Shown in pieces: positions 7,875 through 17,303 of a stretch of 39,410 nt of DNA. A program made the position numbers and the translations under genes. Position 1 is the first letter of the stretch. Each line of letters begins with the position of its first letter. The DNA lies in contig CADEFK010000007.1 in NCBI GenBank assembly GCA_902826595.1, positions 1 through 39,410 on the forward strand, written 5' to 3'. The notes below the pieces were generated by a model that was not told the DNA's origin, made no database searches, and saw only the letters and a list, made by a program, of their open reading frames with translations. The DNA is from an uncultured bacterium. GTDB taxonomy: Bacteria; Desulfobacterota_D; UBA1144; Nemesobacterales; UBA2774.

Positions 7875-9167
7875 ATGGCCAGTGAAATCATAAAAGGAAA
7901 CAAGAAACCGCTTGAGGGCGAGCTGACTCCGCCGGGGGATAAGTCGGTGTCGCACAGGTCCCTGATAATAGGGTCAATCGCGTCGGGCACGACGGAGGTG
8001 AGCGGTTTCCTCAATTGCGAGGACACGATATCAACGGCGAACGCGATGAGGAAGCTGGGTATCGGAATCGAGATCGACGGCGCTAACGTAAGGATAGCCG
8101 GGAAAGGGCTTTCCGGATTGAGCGAGCCCGGAGACGTGATCGACGCCGGGAATTCCGGGACGACGACGAGGCTCCTCACGGGACTATTGAGCGCCCAGGG
8201 CTTTTTTACGGCCGTTACAGGGGACAAATACCTGAGAGCGAGGCCCATGAAAAGGGTGGTCGATCCGTTGAGGCTTATGGGCGCGAAGATTACCGGAAGG
8301 GAGGGGGGCAATAAATTACCGCTGGCGATCCAGGGGGGCGGTCTCCAGGGCATATCGTATACACTCCCCGTAGCGAGCGCGCAGGTGAAATCGGCGCTCC
8401 TTCTCGCCGGGCTCTACTCCGCAGGGGAAACGGAGGTAATCGAGCCCGAGCCCACGAGAGACCACACGGAAAGGATGCTTACTTACTTCGGAGTGAAGCT
8501 CCATAAGAAGGGAAACAGCATTAAGATATCGAGACAGAAGGAATTCGCGGGGCGCGGTATATCGGTGCCAGCGGACCTGTCGTCGGCAGCGTTTTTTATA
8601 GCGGGGGCTCTTATCAATCCGGGGTCCGAGCTCCTGATAAGAAATGTCGGCATTAACCCGCTGAGAACGGGCGTAATCGAAGTGCTCAGGAAAATGGGCG
8701 GCAATATAGAAATAACAAACGAGGGGGAAGTTTCGGGAGAGCCCGTAGGGGACATACTCGTAAAGTCGAGCGAATTACACGGAGTACTGATCGAGGGGGA
8801 TATGATACCGAGGGCTATTGACGAGCTTCCGGTGATAGCGGCCGCCGCGTGCTTCGCCGAAGGCGAGACTATCATCAGGGACGCGCGTGAGCTCAGGGTC
8901 AAGGAAACGGACAGGATAAAAGCGATGACGGCAGAGCTGGTCAAGCTCGGCGCCCGGATAACCGAATCCGAGGACGGCATGTCGATCACAGGCGGCAAGC
9001 AGTTGAAGGGAGCCAGGTGCTCGAGCTGGGGTGACCACAGGATAGCGATGGCAGCGGCAGTCGCGGCCACGGGGGCGCGCGGAGAGACCGTGATCGAGGG
9101 CGCAGAGTGCGTTTCCGTTTCATACCCCGGATTCTTCGATGTCCTCAGGCGGATTGGACATAATTAA
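7875..9167 (+). CDS. aroA: 3-phosphoshikimate 1-carboxyvinyltransferase (EPSP synthase)
   Basis: Motifs present are LEGELTPPGDKSVSHRSLI, GNSGTTTRLLTG and RVKETDRI..DHRIAMA. The length of 430 aa fits the family. Confidence 0.95.
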   Translation: MASEIIKGNKKPLEGELTPPGDKSVSHRSLIIGSIASGTTEVSGFLNCEDTISTANAMRKLGIGIEIDGANVRIAGKGLSGLSEPGDVIDAGNSGTTTRLLTGLLSAQGFFTAVTGDKYLRARPMKRVVDPLRLMGAKITGREGGNKLPLAIQGGGLQGISYTLPVASAQVKSALLLAGLYSAGETEVIEPEPTRDHTERMLTYFGVKLHKKGNSIKISRQKEFAGRGISVPADLSSAAFFIAGALINPGSELLIRNVGINPLRTGVIEVLRKMGGNIEITNEGEVSGEPVGDILVKSSELHGVLIEGDMIPRAIDELPVIAAAACFAEGETIIRDARELRVKETDRIKAMTAELVKLGARITESEDGMSITGGKQLKGARCSSWGDHRIAMAAAVAATGARGETVIEGAECVSVSYPGFFDVLRRIGHN

Positions 9168-9227
9168 ACGCTGTCATTGTCGGTACTTATATTAGAAAAA
9201 CTCTCCCCGTGGACATAAATTACTGAT

Positions 9228-9884
9228 ATGATAATAACGATAGACGGCCCTTCGGGGGTCGGGAAAAGTACCGTTTCAAAATCGGTCGCTCTAAGGCTTG
9301 GCTTCACATATCTCGATACCGGGGCGATGTACAGGGCGGTCGCGCTCCGGGTTAAGCGGGATTCCGTCGATATCAACGACGATAACAGCTTGAAATCACT
9401 CCTGAATCATACGGAAATCGGGTTCGGCAGAAAAGATAACGGCGATCTTTTAATAATGCTCAACAACGAAGACGTCACCGACATGATAAGGACGCCTGAG
9501 ATCTCGAGGCTGTCGTCGGACGTGGCGACGAAAAAGGCCGTGAGAGTAAAACTCGTTCATCTGCAGCGGAATATCGGAAAGCGCGGCGACACGGTAGCCG
9601 AGGGAAGGGATATGGGGACATACGTGTTCCCGGACGCGGCGTTCAAGTTCTACCTTGACGCTTCACTCGACGAAAGGGCTCGCAGGAGGCGGGAACAGCT
9701 CTCGCAATCGGGTAACGACGCCGATATCGAAAGCGTGAAAAACGAGATAATAAAAAGGGACGCTCAGGATATGGAGCGCTCTGAATCTCCCTTGCATCCC
9801 GCGATTAATGCGGTCATAATAGATACAACGAATCTATCGTCTGATGAAGTTACAGACAGGATAATCAAAGAAGTTCAAGGTTAG
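9228..9884 (+). CDS. cmk: Cytidylate kinase
   Basis: The product contains IITIDGPSGVGKSTVSK..LGFTYLDTGAMYRAVA. The gene sits in the conserved aroA-cmk-rpsA arrangement. Confidence 0.93.
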   Translation: MIITIDGPSGVGKSTVSKSVALRLGFTYLDTGAMYRAVALRVKRDSVDINDDNSLKSLLNHTEIGFGRKDNGDLLIMLNNEDVTDMIRTPEISRLSSDVATKKAVRVKLVHLQRNIGKRGDTVAEGRDMGTYVFPDAAFKFYLDASLDERARRRREQLSQSGNDADIESVKNEIIKRDAQDMERSESPLHPAINAVIIDTTNLSSDEVTDRIIKEVQG

Positions 9885-9972
9885 TAAGAGTTTTTACACT
9901 ACCTTATTCCGCTTCCCAAAATGAAATCAGACAGTTAATTTTAATAGATATACACGAAAAGAAGGAAGGTCT

Positions 9973-11661
9973 ATGGCAGAAGAGAAAGATTTCGCGGAAT
10001 TAGTTGATGAGAGCATGAATGTACCGGACAAGGGGAAAGTCTTTAAGGGGCTGGTCGTCCGCATAGATCAGGACGACGTTTTTATAGATTTCGGCTCGAA
10101 ATCGGAGGGAGTCGTTCCGATACAGGAATTCCACAATAAGAGCGGGGTGCCGGACGTAACTATAGGAGAAGAGGTCGAGGTCATGTTCGACAACTGGGCG
10201 AACGAGGGACTGCCCAAGCTGTCGAGAATCAAGGCGGAGCAGATCAGGGAAAACAAGAGAATTCAGGAATCCTACGATAAGGGCGAACTGGTAAAAGCGA
10301 GGGTTACGCAGAAAGTGAAGGGCGGAGTCATTGCAGATATAGGGGACAGGATCGAGATCAGGGCTTTTATACCGGGATCGCAAATCGATATATCGCCCAG
10401 GCAGGATTTGGACAGCTTCGTCGGCCAAACTATCGATGCCAGGATTATCAAGCTCGCGGGAAACGACATCGTGCTTTCCAGAAGGGCCTATCAAGAGGAA
10501 GAGCGGGAGGTCCTTAGAAAGGAAACCCTTTCCAGGATCGAGGCAGGCAAAGAGATGCCTGGAAAAGTCGTAAATATCATCAATCAGGGCGTATTCATCG
10601 ACCTGGGCGGCATCGAGGGTTTCATTCCCGTGAGCGAGCTTACCTGGGGCAGGGTCGCTCACCCGGGCGATGTACTTTCGAAAGACCAGATAATCAATAC
10701 AAAAGTTCTCAGGATAGAGGAAGGGAGCAAGATAACCCTGAGCCTCAAGGACACTACCCCCGACCCCTGGACTTCGGTCAGGGAAAAATACCAAGCGGGG
10801 ACACAGATAAATGGAAAAGCCGTGTCGATAACGGACTTCGGGGTTTTTGTCGAGCTCGAACCCGGAATCGAGGGTCTCGTACATATATCCGAGATCACGT
10901 GGACGAAGAGATTCCGCCACCCCAAGGAGATAGTGCAGGCCGGAAGCCCCGTGGAAGCGGTCGTCCTCGACGTGGACAACGTGAACAGGCGGATCTCCCT
11001 CAGCCTGAAACAGATAGAAGCGAGTCCGTGGCAGATTTTCAAGGAGAATAACCCTCCGGGCTCGAGGATAAAGGGCGTAATCAAGAACGTTACGGACAAG
11101 GGATTATTCGTAGAAGTCGATGAGAATATCGTGGGGCTGGTAAGACCCGACAACATTTCCTGGAAAGGCAAGGTAAACCCTGAGGAGGGTTTCGAAAGGG
11201 GGAGCGAAATCGAGGTGGTCGTACTGAACGTCGATGACAGGAACCAGAGGATCGGTCTAGGGCTGAAACAGCTCGCCGCCGACCCATGGGAAGAGGTCCA
11301 GAAGAAGTACAAGACCGGACGTTCGTCCGTAACCGGGAAAGTCAAGGATATAAAAGACAGCGGAATAGTAATCGAGCTCAATGAAGGGATAGAGGGATAT
11401 ATCAGGGCGAACGAGCTAAGCCAGGAAAAGGAGCAGAGAGACGCAATTAAACACTTTAAGGTCGGGGATGAAATAACGGCCCAGGTGACAGGGTTCGACA
11501 AGAGGATGCGGCAGGTGAACCTTAGTAAAAGAAAATACGACGATTGGCAGGACAAGGAAAGGGTCTCGAATTTCATATCGTCTCAGGGTGAGCCGACTGC
11601 CAAGCTCGGGGACGTGCTCAAGGAAAAGTTAAAGCAGATGAATAACGACGAGGTTGTTTGA
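9973..11661 (+). CDS. rpsA: 30S ribosomal protein S1
   Basis: The 562-aa product carries six tandem S1 (OB) repeats (G..V.G.V..I...G.FVDLG..EG..H.SE. patterns). GAAGGAAGG lies upstream of the start. Confidence 0.95.
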   Translation: MAEEKDFAELVDESMNVPDKGKVFKGLVVRIDQDDVFIDFGSKSEGVVPIQEFHNKSGVPDVTIGEEVEVMFDNWANEGLPKLSRIKAEQIRENKRIQESYDKGELVKARVTQKVKGGVIADIGDRIEIRAFIPGSQIDISPRQDLDSFVGQTIDARIIKLAGNDIVLSRRAYQEEEREVLRKETLSRIEAGKEMPGKVVNIINQGVFIDLGGIEGFIPVSELTWGRVAHPGDVLSKDQIINTKVLRIEEGSKITLSLKDTTPDPWTSVREKYQAGTQINGKAVSITDFGVFVELEPGIEGLVHISEITWTKRFRHPKEIVQAGSPVEAVVLDVDNVNRRISLSLKQIEASPWQIFKENNPPGSRIKGVIKNVTDKGLFVEVDENIVGLVRPDNISWKGKVNPEEGFERGSEIEVVVLNVDDRNQRIGLGLKQLAADPWEEVQKKYKTGRSSVTGKVKDIKDSGIVIELNEGIEGYIRANELSQEKEQRDAIKHFKVGDEITAQVTGFDKRMRQVNLSKRKYDDWQDKERVSNFISSQGEPTAKLGDVLKEKLKQMNNDEVV

Positions 11662-12544
11662 GGTGCGGAACGTATTCATCGTAACAGCGGTCGTCGTCCT
11701 CCTTGTTTTCACCTTCATCGCGGGGATCGGCTGCGGTTTTCTGATGTCGGGTGACGACGCGTTTCCGACCGGGGACAAGGTAGCGGTGCTCAAGGTTGAA
11801 GACATAATCCTCGACGACCAGCTGTACATAGACAGCATTAACAGGATAAAGGAAGACAGTAAGGTAAAAGCGGTCGTCGTCAGGATAAACTCCCCGGGCG
11901 GAGCGGTGGGTCCGTCGCAGGAAATCTACAGCGAGCTAAAGAAACTGAGAAAGGACATGCCGGTGATCGCGAGCATAGGAAACGTCGGCGCCTCCGGGGG
12001 GTATTACATCGCGTGCGCCGCGGAGAAGATATTCGCTAACCCCGGGACGATCACGGGCAGCATAGGCGTGGTCGCGGAGTTCGCGAGCTACGAAAAGCTC
12101 CTTGAGTGGGCCAAGGTGGACGTGGAAGTACTGAAGAGCGGAAAATATAAAGACGTCGGCTCCCCGTTCAGGGGAATGACCCCCGAAGACAGGGAATATA
12201 TGCAGGGGCTCATAGACAACGTCTATTCACAGTTCAAGTCGGCTGTCGCGGAGTCGAGAGGCCTCGGGGCGGCGGAAGTCGATAAAGTCGCCGACGGAAG
12301 GATATTCACCGGAGAGCAGGCGAAGGAATTGAAGCTCATAGACGAAACCGGCACGATAAACGACGCCATCGATCTCGCGGCAAAAGAGGCCGGCATAAAG
12401 GGACGTCCGGACCTGGTTTACTATCCCAAAAAGAAGTCCCAGCTTCTCGAACTTCTGGAATCCAAACTGGATATACCGGTGCTAAACGGCATGCCCTCCA
12501 AATACAGCTTTGGACTTTTCTATCTGGTCGATATAATTAACTGA
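11654..12544 (+). CDS. sppA: Signal peptide peptidase SppA (36K type)
   Basis: The protein has an N-terminal TM helix and the motifs RINSPGGAV, GASGGYYIA and TGSIGV. The TTG at 11654 overlaps the rpsA stop. An alternative GTG is at 11663. Confidence 0.88.
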   Translation: MFEVRNVFIVTAVVVLLVFTFIAGIGCGFLMSGDDAFPTGDKVAVLKVEDIILDDQLYIDSINRIKEDSKVKAVVVRINSPGGAVGPSQEIYSELKKLRKDMPVIASIGNVGASGGYYIACAAEKIFANPGTITGSIGVVAEFASYEKLLEWAKVDVEVLKSGKYKDVGSPFRGMTPEDREYMQGLIDNVYSQFKSAVAESRGLGAAEVDKVADGRIFTGEQAKELKLIDETGTINDAIDLAAKEAGIKGRPDLVYYPKKKSQLLELLESKLDIPVLNGMPSKYSFGLFYLVDIIN

Positions 12545-12546
12545 TT

Positions 12547-13032
12547 ATGAAAGTGCTCTGGGCGCCCTGGAGGATCAAATATATAACCGGGGATAAGGAA
12601 GAGGGTTGTATATTTTGTAAAAAACCCAAAGAAGGGAATGACAAAGATAATCTCATATTATATACTGGTGAGACTAGCTTTATAATAATGAACCGTTATC
12701 CCTACTCGAACGGGCATCTTATGACAGTCCCATACAAACACACGAACAGTTTCTCGGACCTCACGCCGGAAGAAAGACTCGAATTGATGAACCTCACCGC
12801 CAAGTGCCTGGACATACTTCAAGTCATAAAACCGGAGGGGTTTAATATCGGCATGAACCTCGGAAGGACGGGAGGGGCCGGCATTGACGACCACCTGCAT
12901 TTCCACATCGTGCCGAGGTGGAGCGGGGACAATAATTTCATGCCCGTTATCGGAGACGTAAGGGTAATGCCCGAATACCTCGAAGAGACGTACGAGACCC
13001 TGAGCAAGCATTTAAAATCACTGGAGAGGTGA
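12547..13032 (+). CDS. HIT-family nucleotide hydrolase/transferase (Ap4A phosphorylase-like)
   Basis: The histidine triad DDHLHFHIVPRW is present, along with N-terminal WAPWR..Y and NRYPYSNGHLM. Confidence 0.85.
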   Translation: MKVLWAPWRIKYITGDKEEGCIFCKKPKEGNDKDNLILYTGETSFIIMNRYPYSNGHLMTVPYKHTNSFSDLTPEERLELMNLTAKCLDILQVIKPEGFNIGMNLGRTGGAGIDDHLHFHIVPRWSGDNNFMPVIGDVRVMPEYLEETYETLSKHLKSLER

Positions 13033-13036
13033 CGAT

Positions 13037-13420
13037 ATGAGATTTATAAAAATTCTGTTCATAATATTGATAATAATCTTTTTCGCAATCCTGTATACAC
13101 AAAACATGGCCATGTTTACTCAGGAGTTCGAGCTCGGACTCAATCTCAAGATACTTAACATAGGGCCGTATATAACGATGAACGTGGTTATAATACTGGC
13201 CGCGTTCGTGTTCGGCGCGGTCGTTGCGGTTATTTTCGGCGCGATGCAGTCGGTCAGCGCCGGCTCGGAATCGAAAGAGAAATCGAGGCGCATCAGGGAG
13301 CTCGAGGCGAAGAACAGGGAGCTCGTAGAGGAAAAACAGAGAGAGGATAAGCTGAGAAAGCCGGATTCTTCTCCCTTTACCCCGCCTTCTGCGATAGACA
13401 GCTCGTCTCAAAACGGCTGA
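13037..13420 (+). CDS. LapA-domain (DUF1049-like) inner-membrane protein
   Basis: Two TM helices are followed by a charged coiled tail (RRIRELEAKNRELVEEKQRE), an architecture like LapA/YciS. The assignment rests on topology and remembered family shape only. Confidence 0.55.
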   Translation: MRFIKILFIILIIIFFAILYTQNMAMFTQEFELGLNLKILNIGPYITMNVVIILAAFVFGAVVAVIFGAMQSVSAGSESKEKSRRIRELEAKNRELVEEKQREDKLRKPDSSPFTPPSAIDSSSQNG

Positions 13421-13483
13421 AACAGCCGGACAGTAAGGGGCGGCTACAACGCCGCGATCATCAGAGATTTTAATTTTATCAAC

Positions 13484-14413
13484 ATGAGGAACACAGGAAA
13501 ACCAGGCTGGATAAAGGCCCAGCTGCCGAAAGGGCCCAACTACACCCATCTTAAAAACCTGATGAGGACGCTCAACCTCCATACGGTATGCGAGGAGGCA
13601 AGGTGTCCGAACATAGGGGAGTGCTGGGGCGCGGGGACCCTGACGTTCATGATCCTGGGGGATACGTGCACGAGGAGCTGCGGCTTTTGCCACGTGAAAA
13701 CGGGAAAGGGCGGGGAGCTCGACTGGAACGAGCCCGGGAGGGTGGCGGAGGCCGTCAAGGACCTCACGCTGAATAACGCTTACCTAACGCACATAGTGAT
13801 CACATCGGTCAACAGGGACGACAGGAACTACGAGAGCGCCCGCATTTTCGCCGAGACCATAAGGCGGGTCAGGGCCGAAAACCCGTCCGTGAAGATAGAG
13901 GTGCTCATCCCCGATTTCAAGGGTGACTCGAATGCGCTCGGTGAAATATTAGAGGCCGGGCCCGACGTGCTCAATCACAACATCGAAACCGTGCCGAGAC
14001 TATACCGTTACCCGCAGCTCACGCCCGCAGGGGGGAGAAGGTCCGTAAGGCCACAGGCGAACTACGACTGGTCTCTCAAGGTGCTCGCGGAGGGAAAGGC
14101 GCTCGGGCACGAAGGCATGCTCACCAAATCGGGCATCATGGTGGGGCTCGGCGAAGAGATGGACGAAGTGATAGAAACGCTCGGGGACTTGAAGAAAGCC
14201 GGGTGCGATATAGTAACCATCGGCCAGTATCTCCAGCCCACGAACGAGCACCTGCCCGTATCGAAGTTCTATCACCCGATGGAGTTCGAATCCCTTAAAA
14301 CCTACGGTGAGAACGTGATAGGGATACCACACGTCGAGGCGGGCCCCCTCGTCAGAAGCTCTTACCACGCCGAGAAGCAGGTGATGAGGATGTCCGGTCA
14401 CACGCTTTCCTGA
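13484..14413 (+). CDS. lipA: Lipoyl synthase
   Basis: The motifs CEEARCPNIGECW, radical-SAM CTRSCGFC and C-terminal VRSSYHA are present. Confidence 0.95.
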   Translation: MRNTGKPGWIKAQLPKGPNYTHLKNLMRTLNLHTVCEEARCPNIGECWGAGTLTFMILGDTCTRSCGFCHVKTGKGGELDWNEPGRVAEAVKDLTLNNAYLTHIVITSVNRDDRNYESARIFAETIRRVRAENPSVKIEVLIPDFKGDSNALGEILEAGPDVLNHNIETVPRLYRYPQLTPAGGRRSVRPQANYDWSLKVLAEGKALGHEGMLTKSGIMVGLGEEMDEVIETLGDLKKAGCDIVTIGQYLQPTNEHLPVSKFYHPMEFESLKTYGENVIGIPHVEAGPLVRSSYHAEKQVMRMSGHTLS

Positions 14414-14512
14414 GGAACGCTTCTTAAACCCCTTGGCGGAAGCCTTCCGTACGTCTCCATCCCCCCGTTTTCATCTTGATAATTCCCCAAAAGCATTTAA
14501 CATCTTATCCTC

Positions 14513-15727
14513 ATGAAATACGTGATACTCCAGGGCGACGGGATGCCCGACCACCCACTGCCGGAGCTGGGCGGTAAGACCCCGCTCGAGGCGGCGAGGA
14601 CGCCGAACCTCGACAGGATAGCGAAGTCCGCGATAAAATTCGGCATGGTCAAGACCATCCCCGACAACCTTCCTCCCGGAAGCGACGTCGGCAACCTGAC
14701 CGTACTCGGGTATAACCCGAACCTCTATTACACGGGCAGGTCCCCTCTAGAGGCCGCGAGCATTGGCGTACCCTTAAGGGAGGGAGACGTGACGCTCAGG
14801 TGTAACCTCGTCACCCTCGCCCCGCAACAGGGCGGCCTGATAATGGAAGACTACAGCTCGGGTCACATCACCACGGAGGAGGCGCGCGCTCTAATACTCG
14901 ACCTGAAAAAAGAACTCGACGAGAAAAACCTGACTTTCTTTCCGGGGGTGAGCTACAGGCACCTGCTGGTATGGGCGGGCGGGAACGCAGACATCCATAC
15001 GACACCTCCGCACGATATATCGGGCAGAGTAATAGACGGCTTCATACCTTCCGGAGCGGGGACAGAAAAACTCAACGAATTGATAGAGCGGTCGAGAGAA
15101 ATACTGAAAGACCATCCGGTTAACAAGAAGAGGATCGCCGAGGGGAAGAACCCGGCTACGAGCATATGGCTCTGGGGACAGGGTGTGCCGCCAAATATGC
15201 CGACCTTCGAGGAGCTATACGGTCTCACGGGCTCCGTGATATCAGCCGTCGATCTTGTAAAAGGTATAGGGATATGCGCGAAGATGAAGGTGATAGACGT
15301 TCCCGGGGCGACCGGATATCTCGATACGAACTACGAAGGCAAGGTGGACTACGCTCTCAATTCCCTGGAAGAAGTCGATCTCACAATGATACACATAGAA
15401 TCCACGGACGAGACGGGTCATGTCGGAAAGGCGGAGCTCAAGATTCAGGCGATAGAAGACTTCGACGGTCGGGTAACCGGGCGCGTGCTCGAAGGGATAA
15501 AGAGGTTCGGGGACTATAAGATACTCGTCATGTCGGACCATCCGACGCCCATAGACCTGAGAACCCACGTGAACGAGCCTGTGCCGTTCGCTATATACAG
15601 CTCCGAGGATGAAAGCATCAAGAACGACTCGTTCGTATATACCGAGAAATCGGCGAGCACTTCTCCCGTATTCATATACGAAGGGTGGAGGCTTCTGGGG
15701 ATGCTGGTGGGGAGAGAAAGTCCGTGA
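14513..15727 (+). CDS. apgM: Cofactor-independent phosphoglycerate mutase, archaeal-type (ApgM family)
   Basis: The product begins MKYVILQGDGMPDHPLPELGGKTPLEAARTPNLDRIA and contains ..ESTDETGH.. and ..SDHPTP. The length of about 400 aa fits the family. Confidence 0.85.
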   Translation: MKYVILQGDGMPDHPLPELGGKTPLEAARTPNLDRIAKSAIKFGMVKTIPDNLPPGSDVGNLTVLGYNPNLYYTGRSPLEAASIGVPLREGDVTLRCNLVTLAPQQGGLIMEDYSSGHITTEEARALILDLKKELDEKNLTFFPGVSYRHLLVWAGGNADIHTTPPHDISGRVIDGFIPSGAGTEKLNELIERSREILKDHPVNKKRIAEGKNPATSIWLWGQGVPPNMPTFEELYGLTGSVISAVDLVKGIGICAKMKVIDVPGATGYLDTNYEGKVDYALNSLEEVDLTMIHIESTDETGHVGKAELKIQAIEDFDGRVTGRVLEGIKRFGDYKILVMSDHPTPIDLRTHVNEPVPFAIYSSEDESIKNDSFVYTEKSASTSPVFIYEGWRLLGMLVGRESP

Positions 15728-15789
15728 TTCCCGAGTTTAATTTCCGGCACATAACTCAACTCTTTCCGCGAATAACTTTTACCAACAAC

Positions 15790-16563
15790 CTACCGGTTAT
15801 TCTCTTTCTTAACTTCTTCCCAGAGCTCGTCCATTTCGGCAAGCGATAACCCGGACAGCTCCTTGCCGCGCGATTCAGCCTTGTCTTCTATTTTCCCGAA
15901 CCGCTCTATGAAGCCGTCGATTGCCTTATGGGCCGTGCCCTCCGCGTCTATCTTCAAATGTCTCCCGAGATTGACGAGGGAAAAGACGAGGTCTCCCCAC
16001 TCTTTCTCGATTGCCGCTGTATCGCCATTTTTCATTTCTACCTCGAGCTCCGAGAGCTCCTCCCTCACCTTGGCTATCACCTCGCCGGCACCGCTCCAGT
16101 CGAATCCCACCTGAGACGCCTTCTCGCCCACCCTCTGCGCCCTGAGAAGGGAAGGCATGGTGCGGGGGATGTGGAGGAGCCTCCTCTTCCTCGACTTCTC
16201 TTTGAGCTTCTGGGAATGCCATCTCTTCACGGCCTCTTCGGCGTTCGAGGCCTTTTCTTCGCCGAACACGTGCGGGTGCCTTCTCACGAGCTTGTTATGG
16301 AGACCGTCGATAACGTCATATATGCCGAAGCCCCCGCTCTCTTCAACGATCCGGGAGGCGAAAAGCACCTCGAACAAGAGGTCGCCGAGCTCCTCCGCGA
16401 GTTCGTCCCTGTCCCCGGATTCGATAGCCTGGATGACTTCGTAAGCTTCCTCGATTATATATGATTTCAATGTTTCGAGGGTCTGCTCCCTGTCCCAGGG
16501 GCAGCCCTCCGGACTCCGCAGGTGAATCGATAAATTTACCAGGTCCTCAAAAGACTTCTTCAT
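15790..16563 (-). CDS. mazG: Nucleoside triphosphate pyrophosphohydrolase MazG (tandem MazG domains)
   Basis: Motifs present are CPWDREQT, EEAYEV..AIE, ELGDLLF and RHPHVF. The ATG at 16563 is preceded by AAAGGAGAG. The ORF track's longer start at 16584 is the alternative. Confidence 0.9.
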   Translation of the reverse strand: MKKSFEDLVNLSIHLRSPEGCPWDREQTLETLKSYIIEEAYEVIQAIESGDRDELAEELGDLLFEVLFASRIVEESGGFGIYDVIDGLHNKLVRRHPHVFGEEKASNAEEAVKRWHSQKLKEKSRKRRLLHIPRTMPSLLRAQRVGEKASQVGFDWSGAGEVIAKVREELSELEVEMKNGDTAAIEKEWGDLVFSLVNLGRHLKIDAEGTAHKAIDGFIERFGKIEDKAESRGKELSGLSLAEMDELWEEVKKENNR

Positions 16564-16651
16564 AATCTCTCCTTTATCATACATAATTGAAAGTGAAGTA
16601 ATTAACGATCGGCGATAGCATTAAAATCAAACTACCTAATGAGCATACATA

Positions 16652-17275
16652 ATGAGTATTATTTATCATCACCGCGAATTTAACATGACCGAAAGAAAGG
16701 GTAACGCGAAAGGCTCGATTCTATTCAATGCGAAAGAATACATTATTAATTCGCACGGCGAGAGCGTGTGGAGAAAGGTTGTCGGCAATCTGCCAGACTC
16801 CGATACGGAAATTTTAGAAAGCGATCTGGTACATACAGAGTGGTACCCCGCCCCGCTGCTCAACCGGCTGCTCAATACCTACGACATGGTGCACGGGAAC
16901 GGGGACTTCTTATCGGTAATACCGGTTGCCGAGTATATAGCCCAAAAAGACCTGGGCCCGATGCTGGACTCCCTCGTGAATCTAAAAAAACCGCCTGTGA
17001 TACTGAAGAGCGCGCCGTCACTATGGAGCAGGTATTTCGACAGCGGTATTATGGACCTCGAGCTGCTCGATCTGGAGAAAAAATATTCGGTGCTCTACCT
17101 CGACGAAATAGCGGATGAAAACAGTGCGTCCGGCGTCGCCGTCTGTAATTTCGCTGTCCCGGAATGGTTCAAAACGGGACTGACGATGGCGGGGGCCAAA
17201 TCCGCGGAAATCGTTCAGACCGGCTGCCGTTACAAGAACTCGGACGTATGCAGGTTCGAGGTATGGTGGGAATAG
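16652..17275 (+). CDS. Hypothetical protein, DUF2378 (TIGR02265)/V4R-like ligand-binding fold suspected
   Basis: The size is about 200 aa. The C-terminal block PEWFKTGLTMAGAKSAEIVQTGCRYKNSDVCRFEVWWE resembles the end of DUF2378/V4R-type domains. This comes from memory only. Confidence 0.4.
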   Translation: MSIIYHHREFNMTERKGNAKGSILFNAKEYIINSHGESVWRKVVGNLPDSDTEILESDLVHTEWYPAPLLNRLLNTYDMVHGNGDFLSVIPVAEYIAQKDLGPMLDSLVNLKKPPVILKSAPSLWSRYFDSGIMDLELLDLEKKYSVLYLDEIADENSASGVAVCNFAVPEWFKTGLTMAGAKSAEIVQTGCRYKNSDVCRFEVWWE

Positions 17276-17303
17276 TCTCCAATCCGCGGCCGCGGGTGGA
17301 ACG

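Noticed and set aside
10000-11576. Two very long antisense ORFs (306 aa and 305 aa) run opposite rpsA.
   Set aside because: The plus strand encodes a full six-repeat S1 protein with unmistakable homology. The antisense translations are Ser/Leu/Pro-rich low-complexity sequence with no RBS. They are the usual mirror ORFs of a codon-biased gene.
12947-13693. A 248-aa minus-strand ORF spans the HIT, LapA-like and lipA genes.
   Set aside because: It crosses three well-supported plus-strand genes and their junctions. Its translation is Arg/Pro-rich with no recognisable domain.
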